Positions 28,402-38,419 are shown, numbered from the stretch's first letter. The stretch: DNA of 64,000 nucleotides from an uncultured Candidatus Rokubacteria bacterium (GCA_963762145.1 CAVXJS010000011.1:224001-288000), one strand, 5' to 3'. Notes: generated by a model not told the origin, from the letters alone. Numbers and translations are program-made.

Positions 28402-30030
28402 CCGCGCTTTCTGCACCTTGTCGCCGTGCGGGCCCGGCGTCCGGGGCACGTCGGCCACCACGCGCACGTGGCGCGGTATCTTGAACGAGGCGATGCGCCC
28501 CCGGCAGTGGGCGATGACCTCCTCCTCGCTGACGGTCGCGCCCGGCCGGGGGATCACGTAGGCCACCGCGGCCTCGTTGGTGCGCGGATCGGGCACGCCG
28601 ATGACGAAGGCCTGCAGGACCTTCGGGTGCGTCTGCAGGTAGTCCTCGATCTCGCCGGGCGCCACCATGAAGTGGCTGATGCGCAGCACCTCGCGCAACC
28701 GTCCGATGAAGACGACGCGGCCGGCCGCGTCGCGGACCGCCAGATCGCCGGTACGGAACCAGCCGTCGGGGGTGAAGGCCTTCGCGGTCTCCTCGGGCTT
28801 CTCGTAGTAGCCCTTCGTCACCAGGCGCCCGCGCAGCCAGAGCTCGCCTTCCTGGTCGGCGGGCTGATCGCGCCCGCTCTCCGGGTCCACCACGCGCGCC
28901 TCGATGCCGTCGGCGGGCCAGATGCCGGCGCGGGCGCGGCTCTCGAGCGGCTCGTCGAGATCGTGCACCAGCGCCATCGCGTTGACCTCCGTCATGCCGT
29001 AGGGCTGGAAAGCCTGGCGCACGCCGAGCCGCTCCACCACCGCCTCGAAGAGGCCCTGCACGCCGCCGCCGGTGGCCGCGAAGCCGCCGGTGCGCAGGTG
29101 CGAGCGATCACGCCGCGCCAGGTCGGGATGCTCGAGCATCGGGATCGCCATCGCGTCCACCCCGTTCCACACCGTCACGCGCTCGGTCTCCATGAGGCGG
29201 AGGGCCACCGCGGGCTCGAACGTCTCGGTCAGGATCAGGGTCGCGCCGTGGGTGAGCGCGGCGAGGGGGATGCAGAGGCCGCCCCAGGTGCCCGACAGGG
29301 GGAGGGCGTGCAGGACGCGGTCGTCGGCGGTCAGCCGCATGACCTCGCCGCACCACCAGCCGTGCGGCAGGCAATTGTAGTGGGTGATGACCGCGCCCTT
29401 CGGGAAGGACGTCGTTCCCGAGGTGTAGAGAATGGTGAACGGATCGTCGGGCCCCACCGACGCGGCGGCGTCGGCGAGGGCGGCCGCCCACTCGGGCGCG
29501 TCCCCGTCGTCGAGCACGTCGCGGAGGCGCAGGCATCCCGGGTAGGGATCGTCCGCGTCCACGATCACGCGGCGGAGCCGGGGGAAGTCTTCCACGAGGA
29601 GCTCGCCCGGCACGGACTCGGCGAGTGCGGGGAGGACCTCACCGAGCGTCTCCAGGTAGTCCACCGGTCCCGCGTGGTCCGCGCACACGAGCGTCGTCGC
29701 GTCCGACTGGCGCAGGATGTAGCGCAGCTCGTGGGCCTTGTAGCGCGTGTTGAGCGCGACCACCACCGCCCCGATCATCGCGCCGCCGTACTGCACGAAG
29801 AGCCACTCGGGCCGCGTGGGTAGCCAGAGCGCGACCTTGTCGCCCTTCTTGACGCCCAGAGCCAGCAGACCGCGGGCCACCCGCTGCGCCTCGCGATGAA
29901 ACCGCGCGTAGGTGATGCGCCGATCGGGCGCGACGATGGCCTCGCGCTCCGCCGCGCGCCCGGCCATCGCGGCGAGCATGCCGCCCACGGTCTCGCGCAG
30001 AAACGGATTGCCGTCTCCCGAGGGCAGCAT
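28372..30030 (-). CDS. AMP-dependent acyl-CoA synthetase/ligase
   Basis: ILYTSGTTSFPKG, YGMTE, GWFRTGDL and ASFKIP. Confidence 0.92.
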   Translation of the reverse strand: MLPSGDGNPFLRETVGGMLAAMAGRAAEREAIVAPDRRITYARFHREAQRVARGLLALGVKKGDKVALWLPTRPEWLFVQYGGAMIGAVVVALNTRYKAHELRYILRQSDATTLVCADHAGPVDYLETLGEVLPALAESVPGELLVEDFPRLRRVIVDADDPYPGCLRLRDVLDDGDAPEWAAALADAAASVGPDDPFTILYTSGTTSFPKGAVITHYNCLPHGWWCGEVMRLTADDRVLHALPLSGTWGGLCIPLAALTHGATLILTETFEPAVALRLMETERVTVWNGVDAMAIPMLEHPDLARRDRSHLRTGGFAATGGGVQGLFEAVVERLGVRQAFQPYGMTEVNAMALVHDLDEPLESRARAGIWPADGIEARVVDPESGRDQPADQEGELWLRGRLVTKGYYEKPEETAKAFTPDGWFRTGDLAVRDAAGRVVFIGRLREVLRISHFMVAPGEIEDYLQTHPKVLQAFVIGVPDPRTNEAAVAYVIPRPGATVSEEEVIAHCRGRIASFKIPRHVRVVADVPRTPGPHGDKVQKARLRAMFLGEG

Positions 30031-30082
30031 GGGCCACATGCTAACGCTTTACACCGGGCGCCGAATGTGGAAGATGGAACTG

Positions 30083-30673
30083 ATGAAGTGCCAGGACGTG
30101 CGACGTGCGCTGTCCTTCTTCGTCGACGGGCAGCTCGCGCTGACCGAGTGGGCCATCATGCAGGGGCACCTGCTCGAGTGCGCCGAGTGCCGGAAGGAGC
30201 TCGACCGGGTCCGCGGGCTGGCGAGCGTCCGGACCCGCGCCCGCCAGCTCCGCACGACCGCGATGACCGCGGCGGCGATGGCAGGAGTCCTGGCGGTAGC
30301 CGCCGTGGGCGGCACCTTCATCTACCGGGGGAGCGTTCCCGACCGGCTGTGGTGGGGGACGACGCCCCCGCCTCGGGCCTCCGCGCCCGCCCCGCCGGCT
30401 CCGGAGCCGATCGCGCCCGTGACGGTTCCGGTCCCCGTGGTGCGGCCGCCTTCGCTGCCGCCACCTCCGCGGGCCAAGGGTCCCACGGACGCCACGACCT
30501 GGGGGACGGCGCCGCCCGAGCCGGCCCCGCGCGCGACGCGCCCGGCGGCCACCGTCGAGGTGCCCACCGAGGACCGCATGCCGACCACGCAGGCCCGCCC
30601 GCCCGCGGTGGTCAATGCCCCGCCGGACGCGGAGTCGATGCCGACCCAGGGGCCGCCCCGCAGCCGCCCCTGA
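30083..30673 (+). CDS. zf-HC2 (ZAS anti-sigma-like) membrane protein with Pro-rich tail
   Basis: MKCQDVRRALSFFVDG.L......GHLLECAEC, followed by a TM helix. Confidence 0.7.
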   Translation: MKCQDVRRALSFFVDGQLALTEWAIMQGHLLECAECRKELDRVRGLASVRTRARQLRTTAMTAAAMAGVLAVAAVGGTFIYRGSVPDRLWWGTTPPPRASAPAPPAPEPIAPVTVPVPVVRPPSLPPPPRAKGPTDATTWGTAPPEPAPRATRPAATVEVPTEDRMPTTQARPPAVVNAPPDAESMPTQGPPRSRP

Positions 30674-30690
30674 CGCCGGCTGTGGCCGGG

Positions 30691-30855
30691 TTACGGGCGC
30701 TCGGCGTGGGTCTTCAGGTACTTGCCGACCGCTTCCAGCAGGAGCCCGAGGGCTTCCTTCTCGGTGCGCCCGGTCACGCTCACCTCCGGGTAGGCGACCG
30801 CGGTGGCCCGGAAGATGCCGCCCTCTTCCTGTACCATCTCGACCTCGATCCTCAT
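30691..30855 (-). CDS. Small HicB-like fold protein
   Basis: MRIEVEMVQEEGGIFRATAVAYPEVSVTGRTEKEAL. GGAGG RBS and ATGA coupling. Confidence 0.6.
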   Translation of the reverse strand: MRIEVEMVQEEGGIFRATAVAYPEVSVTGRTEKEALGLLLEAVGKYLKTHAERP

Positions 30856-31652
30856 GCCGCGCCTCCCCGCGAGGTGCGCGCGCGGTCGGCCAGGAAGAGG
30901 TAGCGCGACAGGCTGAAGAAGTACTCGCCCCGCGCCGCCTGGCCCCGCACATCGTCGGCCCACCGCGCGGCCTCGTCCTCGGTGATGCCCCCCCGGCTGG
31001 CCACGAAGCGCGCGACCACGTCGATCATGCCGGGGCTATAGGTCTGCTCGCTCATCTCGACGTTGACGATCGGGATCATCGTGACCGTGCGCAGGGCGAA
31101 GCCGCTCCGCCGCAGCAGCTCGGGCAGGTGCGCGGGCAGGTGGGGATGGGCGAACCGCTGCTGCCAGGCCCTCAGGACTCGCGCGGTGCGCTCGCGGTCG
31201 CCCGCGTGCCAGACACAGGACTCCCAGTCAGTGTCGAGCACGGCCAGGCGGCCGCCCGGCTTGAGCACCCGATACGCCTCGGCCAGCCCCCGCTCGACGT
31301 CGGCCATGTACTCGTAGACCTGCATCGCGGTCACGAAGTCGAAGGTGCCCGACGCGACGGGCACCGCTTCGGGGTCGGCCTGGCGGAACTCGGTGCGGCC
31401 GGTGACCGCGTCGTGCCGGGCCCGCTCCTCGCAGGCGATGATCATGTCCGGCACCGCGTCCACGCCCATGATCCTCCCGGTAGGTCCCACGTCGCGGGCC
31501 AGCTCGCACGCCAGGAGACCGAAGCCGCAGCCGACGTCGAGGCCGCGCTCGCCGGTGCGGGGCGCGACGATGGCGCGGATGCGCGCGCGCTGCTCGGAGA
31601 CGTCGGGAGTGGAGCGCCCGGAATCCAGGAGGGCCGGGTTGGTGTTCGTCAC
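30852..31652 (-). CDS. Class I SAM-dependent methyltransferase (UbiE-like)
   Basis: LDVGCGFG, FDFV and RVLKPGGRLAVLDTDW. Confidence 0.88.
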   Translation of the reverse strand: MTNTNPALLDSGRSTPDVSEQRARIRAIVAPRTGERGLDVGCGFGLLACELARDVGPTGRIMGVDAVPDMIIACEERARHDAVTGRTEFRQADPEAVPVASGTFDFVTAMQVYEYMADVERGLAEAYRVLKPGGRLAVLDTDWESCVWHAGDRERTARVLRAWQQRFAHPHLPAHLPELLRRSGFALRTVTMIPIVNVEMSEQTYSPGMIDVVARFVASRGGITEDEAARWADDVRGQAARGEYFFSLSRYLFLADRARTSRGGAA

Positions 31653-31694
31653 GCCGGAACGCTAACAGCGCCCGGCGCTCCCGTCAAGGCGGGG

Positions 31695-32081
31695 TCACTG
31701 GACGCGGGGCTTCTGCGCCAGGACCTGCAGGACGACCTGGCGCATGTCGGCCAGGTTGAAGGGCTTCTCGAGCGCGGGCTCGCCGGTCTCGGCGAGGAAC
31801 GTCGCGTAGTCCTCGATGCCGGTATTGGCGCTCATGAAGATGAAGCGGGGCGGATTGTCGACATACTGCTGGCGGACCGCGCGGTAGAGATCGGGGCCCT
31901 CGAGGTTGGGCATGCGCAGGTCGGTGACCACCAGGTCGTGGCGCTGCTCCTGGGCGCGCCGGAGACCCTCGGCGCCGTCCACCGCGCTGTCCACCTCGTG
32001 CCCGTCGCGCTTCAGCACCTCGACCAGCACGTCGCGGAGGTTGTCCTCGTCGTCCACCACGAGGATCCGATGCCGCGCCAT
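31695..32081 (-). CDS. Stand-alone response regulator receiver
   Basis: ILVVDDE, DLRMPNLEG and EKPFN. Confidence 0.9.
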   Translation of the reverse strand: MARHRILVVDDEDNLRDVLVEVLKRDGHEVDSAVDGAEGLRRAQEQRHDLVVTDLRMPNLEGPDLYRAVRQQYVDNPPRFIFMSANTGIEDYATFLAETGEPALEKPFNLADMRQVVLQVLAQKPRVQ

Positions 32082-32082
32082 C

Positions 32083-33288
32083 CTAGCTCCGGGCGTCGAG
32101 GATGGCCTGCGCGATCAGCCCCGCGCCCTCGTAGCAGCGCTCGGGAGACTCGAAGCTGAACGCCAGCCGGATATGACGCTCGCCGCCCCCGTTGGGGAAG
32201 AAGGACGTGCCGGCGGTGTACTGCACGCGGGACCGGACCGCCCCCTCGTACAGCCTGGCGGTGTCGGTACCGGTGGGCAGCTTGATCCAGATGAAGAACC
32301 CGCCTTCGGGCTTGCTGATCTCGACGTCGGTGTCCCGCAGCTTCTCCCAGAGCCCGCGCAGCATGGCGTCGCGCTTGGCGCGGTAGACGTTGACGAGCAG
32401 GGCCACGTGGGGCACCAGGTTGTCGCGCAGGAAGTAGGTGGCCACGCGCGAGGCGAAGGGGTTCACGCCGCCTCCGAAGAGGAAGCCCTGGAAGGCGGGG
32501 ATCATCTCCTTGGGCGCGCAGAGCCAGCCGAGGCGGAAGCCCGCGCCCAGGATCTTGGACACGGTCCCCGCGCGCATCACCCGTCCGCCGCCGTCCAGCG
32601 CGTAGAGCGAGGGCAGGTGCTCGCCCTCGAAGCGCAGCTCGCCGTAGGCGTCGTCCTCCAGGATGAGGGTGTCGTACTCGTGGGCGAGATCGATCAGCTC
32701 CCGGCGACGGCGCAGCGTCAGGGACGGCCCGGACGGGTTCTGGAAGTTCACGATCGTGTAGATGAGCTTGCAGCGGCGGCCCTGCTTCCGGAGGGTGGCC
32801 AGGTGCTCCCGCGCCACGTCCACCACCAGCCCGTCCTGGTCCACCGGCACGTCGAGCACCTGCGGGCCGTGGCGGCGGATGGTCTGGAGCGTGCCGGAGA
32901 AGGTCGGGGCCTCCGACAGGATCACATCGCCCGGGTCCACGAGCGCGCTGAAGGCCAGCGAGAGCGCGTGCCCGGAGCCGTTCGAGATGATGATGTTGTC
33001 GGGCCCGACCTTGAGCCCCTCGAAGAGGCCGTACTTGTGGCACACCAGCTCGCGCAGGCCGCGGTAGCCCTGCGCCTCGCCATAGGTGAGCGCCTCGGCG
33101 CCCTCCGCCCGGATCATCCGGGCGGTGGCGTCGATGAGGCCGTCGTAGGGGAAGGACGCGGGATCCGGCAACCCGCCCCCGAACTCGTACAGCGCATTGG
33201 TGACCGGACGCGCGGCGGCGGGCGCGCCCCATCCGATGCGGGCGCGCTGGGACAGCAGATCGACGAACGAGTCGGGGGCGGTGGTCAT
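32083..33288 (-). CDS. PLP-dependent aminotransferase class I/II (2-aminoadipate/MocR-type)
   Basis: GGLPDP, NFQNPSG, EDDAYGEL, SKILGAGFRLGW and PEGGFF. Confidence 0.9.
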   Translation of the reverse strand: MTTAPDSFVDLLSQRARIGWGAPAAARPVTNALYEFGGGLPDPASFPYDGLIDATARMIRAEGAEALTYGEAQGYRGLRELVCHKYGLFEGLKVGPDNIIISNGSGHALSLAFSALVDPGDVILSEAPTFSGTLQTIRRHGPQVLDVPVDQDGLVVDVAREHLATLRKQGRRCKLIYTIVNFQNPSGPSLTLRRRRELIDLAHEYDTLILEDDAYGELRFEGEHLPSLYALDGGGRVMRAGTVSKILGAGFRLGWLCAPKEMIPAFQGFLFGGGVNPFASRVATYFLRDNLVPHVALLVNVYRAKRDAMLRGLWEKLRDTDVEISKPEGGFFIWIKLPTGTDTARLYEGAVRSRVQYTAGTSFFPNGGGERHIRLAFSFESPERCYEGAGLIAQAILDARS

Positions 33289-33316
33289 GACACGAGGATT
33301 CTAGCGCCGCCCACGG

Positions 33317-34507
33317 CTAGGCCACGACCTTCTTGTCGCGGAGCGTCTTGATGTCGGCCGCCGGGATCCCCAGCTCGCCCAGGACCTGATCGGTGTGCTC
33401 CCCCGAGTGGGGGGCGGCGCTCCGGATCGTGCCCGGGGTGTCGGAGAGCTTGATGGGCTGGCCGAACTGCTTCACGGTGCCGTGCACCGGGTGGCGCATC
33501 TCCACGATCATGTCGCGGGCCTGCACCTGCGGGTCGGCCACGACCTCGTCCGGCTCGTAGACCTTCCCCACGCACACGTCGGCCTTCACCAGGAAGTCGT
33601 ACCACTCGTCCCGGGTGCGGGTCCGGATGATGGCCTCGATCTCCTCTCGGGCCGCCACCTCTTCCGCGTTGGCCGCCCGCACGAACTGGTCGGCCTTGCG
33701 GGCGAACTTCACCATGTCCGGCCGCTTGATGGCCTTGCAGAAGTTCTCCCAGAGCCAGGGCTCGGTGCAGCCGATGGTCAGGTGCTTGCCGTCCTTGGTG
33801 TCGTAGACCGCGTAGTACGGATACGACCCGCCCAGGAAGCCCTCGCCGCGCTTGGGCGCCATCCCGTCGCTCCAGAAGAAGCGCATGTTGGGCGTGGCGG
33901 CCAGGAGGGCCAGCGAGGTGTCGAGGTAGGAGACGTCCACGTGCTGGCCCCGGCCGGTGCGCTCGCGGGCGAACAGCGCCATCATGATGCCGAGCGCGCC
34001 GTGCATGCTGGCCCCGCCGTAGTCGGCCACCAGGTTGAGCGGGAAGATCGGCTTGCGGCCCGGCTCGCCGATGAGATTCAGCACCCCGGCCATCGAGAGG
34101 TAGTTGCCGTCGTGGGCCGGGTAGTCCTTGTAGGGCCCGTTGTGGCCGAAGCCGGAGAGCGAGCAGTAGACGAGGCGCGGGTTGCTCGCCGAGAGGGTCT
34201 CGAAGTCACCGCCCAGGCGCTTCATCACGCCGGGCCGGAAGCCCTCCACGATGACGTCCGCGGTGGCCGCGAGCTTCTTGAAGATCGCCTGGCCCTCGGG
34301 GGCCTTCATGTTGAGCGCGAGCGAGCGCTTGTTGCGATTGACGTAGGCGAACGCGGCGCGGCGCTTGGTGGCCGCGTCCTCCGGCTCGTCGGGCGGCGTC
34401 TCGATCTTGAGCACGTCCGCGCCCATGTCGGCCAGGAACATGCCGGGCATCTCGGCCGGGGGGACGCGCGCCATCTCCAGCACCTTGATTCCGTCCAGCA
34501 CTCCCAT
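33317..34507 (-). CDS. CoA-transferase family III (CaiB/BaiF, alpha-methylacyl-CoA racemase-like)
   Basis: LADMGADVLKIE, NRNKRS, EGFRPGV and PAHDGNY. Confidence 0.92.
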   Translation of the reverse strand: MGVLDGIKVLEMARVPPAEMPGMFLADMGADVLKIETPPDEPEDAATKRRAAFAYVNRNKRSLALNMKAPEGQAIFKKLAATADVIVEGFRPGVMKRLGGDFETLSASNPRLVYCSLSGFGHNGPYKDYPAHDGNYLSMAGVLNLIGEPGRKPIFPLNLVADYGGASMHGALGIMMALFARERTGRGQHVDVSYLDTSLALLAATPNMRFFWSDGMAPKRGEGFLGGSYPYYAVYDTKDGKHLTIGCTEPWLWENFCKAIKRPDMVKFARKADQFVRAANAEEVAAREEIEAIIRTRTRDEWYDFLVKADVCVGKVYEPDEVVADPQVQARDMIVEMRHPVHGTVKQFGQPIKLSDTPGTIRSAAPHSGEHTDQVLGELGIPAADIKTLRDKKVVA

Positions 34508-34525
34508 GGGGCTCTCCTGATCTCA

Positions 34526-34560
34526 CCCTCTCCCCTTAGGGGAGAGGGCAGGGTGAGGGG
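34526..34560. repeat. Intergenic REP-like palindrome, family A copy 2
   Basis: CCCTCTCCCC-TTA-GGGGAGAGGG-CAGGGTGAGGGG. Confidence 0.85.
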
Positions 34561-34563
34561 GCA

Positions 34564-35319
34564 TCACTTGTACGCGTCGGGAGCCTTGATCGCGCGCTCC
34601 CAGAACGCGGGGTCGTGGCTCGGGAAGATGCGCCCGCCGGTGAGCCGCGCGAGCGTCTTGAGCCGCTTGATGCTGTGCATGGCCCGGGTCGGGTCCCACA
34701 CGACGCCGGGCGGGATCTCCTCGTCGATCGATTGCTGCCAGTAGCAGGAATCGCCGGCCAGGATCACGGGTCCGGTGCGGGGCAGCTGCACCAGGAGCGA
34801 CTGGTGCCCCGGGGTGTGGCCGTCGCTGCGCAGCACGGTCACGCCCGGGACCAGCTCGGTGTCGCCGTCGAGCAGGCGCCAGCGGTAGCCGGGCAGGTCG
34901 AAGTTCTTGCGGTAGTAGTACGAGGCGAAGAACGCGGCCGGGTAGTGCGCGTACGCGTACTCCTCCTTCTGCACGACGAGCTCGGAGGTGTCGAAGATCG
35001 CGGCCCCGCCCGCGTGGTCGAAGTGCAGGTGGCTGAGGACGACGAGATCCACGTCCTTGGGCTCGAGCCCGATCGAGTCGAGCCGGCGCACCAGGAGATC
35101 CTCGTCGCTGAAGCGGCAGAGCGGATCCTGGCGCACGAGGCCCGGCACCGCGCGCGGCGAGATGCCGGTGTCGAAGAGGATGGCCGCGTCACCGGTGCGC
35201 ACGAGGTAGCAGGTGACCGGGATGGCCACGCGCTCGGCCGAGCGGTCGCCGTAGAAGAGCCCCGCGCGCTCGAAGCCGAGGAAGCCGTTCTGCAGCGCGT
35301 AGAGCGCCTCGACCGCCAT
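34564..35319 (-). CDS. N-acyl-homoserine lactonase-family metallo-beta-lactamase fold hydrolase
   Basis: FDTG, SHLHFDHAG, GHTPGHQS, LAGD and PSHD. Confidence 0.85.
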   Translation of the reverse strand: MAVEALYALQNGFLGFERAGLFYGDRSAERVAIPVTCYLVRTGDAAILFDTGISPRAVPGLVRQDPLCRFSDEDLLVRRLDSIGLEPKDVDLVVLSHLHFDHAGGAAIFDTSELVVQKEEYAYAHYPAAFFASYYYRKNFDLPGYRWRLLDGDTELVPGVTVLRSDGHTPGHQSLLVQLPRTGPVILAGDSCYWQQSIDEEIPPGVVWDPTRAMHSIKRLKTLARLTGGRIFPSHDPAFWERAIKAPDAYK

Positions 35320-35321
35320 GC

Positions 35322-36047
35322 TCAGGCGCGGGACTTGGCGGGGCGGCGGGCGCGGGCGCCCTTCGGGCGGTCGGCCGGCCCGAGCGGATCGTAGACCCAG
35401 ATCTTGTTGGCCGCGCTGATCCCCATGGTGACGGTGCGGCCCTCGAGCACGATCGAGACGGTGCCCGCGTAGGGAGCGATCTCGCTCACCACGATGCGGC
35501 TGCCCGGCCGGATGCCGCTCTCCCAGAGGAAGCGCAGGAGCTGGCGATCCGCCTCCGCCTCCTCGGTGATGCGCTCGACCACGAACGGGTGGTCCTTGGG
35601 GGCCTGGCTGAGCGGGATCGGGCTGTGGGCCTCGGGGGCCGGCATACCGGGGATCGGGTTGCCGTGGGGACAGGTGCTCGGCATGCCGAGGGTCTCGGCG
35701 AGGCGCTCCTCGACCACCGGCGAGAGCGCGTGCTCGAGGCGATGCGCCTCGTCGTGGGCGCGCGACCAGTCGAGCCCGAGCACGTCGGTCAGCCAGCGCT
35801 CGATCAGGCGATGCCGGCGCGCCATGGTCTCGGCGATGCCGAGCCCCTTGGTGGTGAGCCGGATCTCCTTGCGGCCGCCGAGCCGGATGTAGCCGTCCTT
35901 CTGCATGCGGCGCAGCGCCTCGGTGATGGAGGGCGCGGAGACGTGCATGTGCCGCGCGAGCCGCGCGCCGATCACCGGCTTGTCGGTGCCGGCCAGGTCG
36001 TAGATCGCGCCCAGGTAGTCCTGGATCGCCGGAGTCGTCTCGTTCAT
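35322..36047 (-). CDS. DtxR/IdeR/MntR-family metal-dependent repressor with FeoA domain
   Basis: QDYLGAIY, RRHRLIERWL, EAHRLEH and CPHGNPIP. Confidence 0.92.
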   Translation of the reverse strand: MNETTPAIQDYLGAIYDLAGTDKPVIGARLARHMHVSAPSITEALRRMQKDGYIRLGGRKEIRLTTKGLGIAETMARRHRLIERWLTDVLGLDWSRAHDEAHRLEHALSPVVEERLAETLGMPSTCPHGNPIPGMPAPEAHSPIPLSQAPKDHPFVVERITEEAEADRQLLRFLWESGIRPGSRIVVSEIAPYAGTVSIVLEGRTVTMGISAANKIWVYDPLGPADRPKGARARRPAKSRA

Positions 36048-36130
36048 GGGCGCCAGCATACCGACCGGCGCGGCGGCGGGCAAGTCCCCGGCCGGACGTG
36101 ATATTCTTGCCCGACCAGGAGGCCGGGCCA

Positions 36131-37294
36131 ATGGACTTCGCGCTCACGGAATCGCAGGAGCTGATCAGGAAGGAGACGGGGGCGCTCGCCCGCACCTTCT
36201 CCCTCGACTACTGGCTCGACAAGGACGACCGCGCCGAGTACCCGAGCGACTTCGTGAAGGCCTTCGCGGACAATGGCTGGCTCGGCATCACGATCCCGGA
36301 GGAGTACGGCGGCGCCGGGCTCGGCGTCACCGAGGCCGCGCTGATGCTCCACGAGATCTGCGCCTCGGGCGCCGGCACCTCCGGCTGCTCCCCGATCCAC
36401 TTCTACGTGTTCCCGCCCACCCCGATCGTCAAGTACGGCACCGAGGCGATGAAGCGGGCGTACCTGCCGCGGATCGTGAGCGGCGACATCGTGATGGCCT
36501 TCGGCGTCACCGAGCCCAACGCGGGCACCGACACCTCGCGCATCCAGACCCGCGCGGTTCGGAAGGGCGACCACTGGATCGTGAACGGTAGAAAAGTCTG
36601 GACCACCAACGCCCAGCACGCCAACAGGATCCTCCTGCTCGCGCGCACCGCCGACCGTGATCCGAAGAAACCCCTCAAGGGCATGACCCTCTTCTTCGCC
36701 GACTTCGATCGCACCAAGATCTCGGTGCGCCTGATCCACAAGCTCGGCCGGGCCGCGGTCGACTCCAACGAGATCTTCATCGACGACCTGGAGATCCCCG
36801 ACGCGGACGTGGTGGGGACGGTGGGCGAGGGCTTCTACCACCTCCTCGACTCCCTGAACCCCGAGCGCATCGTGATCGGGATCGAGGCGGTCGGGATCGG
36901 GCGCGCCGCGCTGGACCGCGCGGTGCAGTACGCCAAGGAGCGCGTCGTCTTCGACCGGCCGATCGGGAAGAACCAGGCCATCGCGCATCCGCTCGCGCAC
37001 GCGATGGCCCAGCTCGACGCGGCCGAGATGATGTGCCTGAAGGCCGCGTGGCTCTTCGACAACGGCAAGCCGTGCGGACGCGAGGCGAACGCGGCCAAGA
37101 TGCTCGCGGCGGAGGCGGGGTTCAACGCCTGCGACGCGGCGCTGCAGACCTTCGGCGGGTTCGGCTACGCCAAGGAGTTCCACGTGGAGCGGCTGTGGCG
37201 CGAGATCCGGCTCTACAAGATCGCGCCGGTGTCCCAGCAGATGGCGCTGAACTACCTCGCCGAGCACGTGCTCGGCCTGCCGCGCTCCTACTGA
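36131..37294 (+). CDS. Acyl-CoA dehydrogenase
   Basis: PEEYGGAG, FGVTEPNAGTD, RVVFDRPIG and FGGFGYAKEFHVER. Confidence 0.93.
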   Translation: MDFALTESQELIRKETGALARTFSLDYWLDKDDRAEYPSDFVKAFADNGWLGITIPEEYGGAGLGVTEAALMLHEICASGAGTSGCSPIHFYVFPPTPIVKYGTEAMKRAYLPRIVSGDIVMAFGVTEPNAGTDTSRIQTRAVRKGDHWIVNGRKVWTTNAQHANRILLLARTADRDPKKPLKGMTLFFADFDRTKISVRLIHKLGRAAVDSNEIFIDDLEIPDADVVGTVGEGFYHLLDSLNPERIVIGIEAVGIGRAALDRAVQYAKERVVFDRPIGKNQAIAHPLAHAMAQLDAAEMMCLKAAWLFDNGKPCGREANAAKMLAAEAGFNACDAALQTFGGFGYAKEFHVERLWREIRLYKIAPVSQQMALNYLAEHVLGLPRSY

Positions 37295-37296
37295 TC

Positions 37297-37704
37297 GTGG
37301 ACCTGCTCCTCACCACCCACGACACCGGATATCAGCGGCCCGACGGGCCGACCATCGCCAAGGTGCTGGCGTCGCTCGACGGCGGCCGCAACGTGCTGGC
37401 CACCCTCGGGACGTCCGACGCCACGTACCTGCAGGCGAGCGGGAGCGTGCAGACCGGCTTCGGTCTCTACCTGCAGGAGGGCTCGCTGGAGCGGCGCTAC
37501 CGCACCCGGGACCGCGCCCTGCCGCTGGCGTGGGTGACCGAGGCGTTCCAGCGTTACGCCGGCGGCGATCTCGGCTGGCGCGATGCGGTCGCGTGGGAGC
37601 AGGATCCCATTCACGTCCCGCGCGAGTCATGGATGACGAGCTGGCCCGCCTACATCACGCTGCTGGTCGCGGTGGCCGCCGCGATGTGGTTCTTCCTCGC
37701 CTGA
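37297..37704 (+). CDS. Hypothetical protein with C-terminal TM anchor
   Basis: The 3' part of ORF 37033..37704 fills the gap between genes and has a hydrophobic C-terminus. Confidence 0.55.
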   Translation: MDLLLTTHDTGYQRPDGPTIAKVLASLDGGRNVLATLGTSDATYLQASGSVQTGFGLYLQEGSLERRYRTRDRALPLAWVTEAFQRYAGGDLGWRDAVAWEQDPIHVPRESWMTSWPAYITLLVAVAAAMWFFLA

Positions 37705-37711
37705 CGGAAGG

Positions 37712-38419
37712 CTAAGGCTGCGGCGAGATCAGCAGCCGCTCGTGCAGGGCGCTCAGGATCTCGGCGATCGCGGCCTGCGCCCACACGTCGTAGAAGGGGG
37801 ATTCGAGCAGCTCGCCGATGGCGGCGCCGGCGCGCGCCTTCGCCTGCTCCGGGGTCTCGCCCGCGCGCGCCGCGCGCAGGTGGCCCAGCACGCGGTCCTT
37901 GCGGTAGATCGCGGGGTACTCGATGTAGCGGTACAGCTCGGCGAAGTCCGCGGCGAAGAACACCGCCACCGGGACCGATGCCCACCGCTGGCCGTCCTTC
38001 TCGTTCGCGTAGGCCCGCACCAGGTCGGCGTTGCCGCCCGAAGCCTCGTCGGGCAGGCCCTTGAGCAGCATGGTCTCGCCGTCCCGGATGAAGATGCGCA
38101 GCTCGAGGCCGCCCGCCTTGGCGAGCCGCGCGAGGTAGGGGACATCCCGCCGGCAGTCGGAGGACCAGTCCTCCGAGATCACCGCGACCTTGGCGGGCCC
38201 GCCCGGCTGCGCGGCCAGCCACTGGATGGCCCCGATCTGGTCGGGCGTGAGCCGGGCCTCGGTGTGGCGCTTGCGGAGGAAGGCGCTCCAGTCCAGCCGC
38301 GGGCGCGCCATGCTGAACCGGCGGATGTCGAAGCCCTCGCGGGCCAGGTTCTCGGCGGAGCCGGTGAACGTCACGTAGTCGTCGAAGGTCATGCCCTGGG
38401 CGAAGCGTTCCGGCGTCAT
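37712..38419 (-). CDS. Thioredoxin-like protein (Thioredoxin_9 type) with SxxC motif
   Basis: VISEDWSSDCRRDVP and the cis-Pro loop SVPVAVF. Confidence 0.7.
   Translation of the reverse strand: MTPERFAQGMTFDDYVTFTGSAENLAREGFDIRRFSMARPRLDWSAFLRKRHTEARLTPDQIGAIQWLAAQPGGPAKVAVISEDWSSDCRRDVPYLARLAKAGGLELRIFIRDGETMLLKGLPDEASGGNADLVRAYANEKDGQRWASVPVAVFFAADFAELYRYIEYPAIYRKDRVLGHLRAARAGETPEQAKARAGAAIGELLESPFYDVWAQAAIAEILSALHERLLISPQP

Noticed and set aside
34564-36047. dtxR-lactonase adjacency as a quorum-quenching system
   Set aside because: The AHL-lactonase family is broad, there are no luxI/luxR genes in the window, and the substrate cannot be inferred from sequence.
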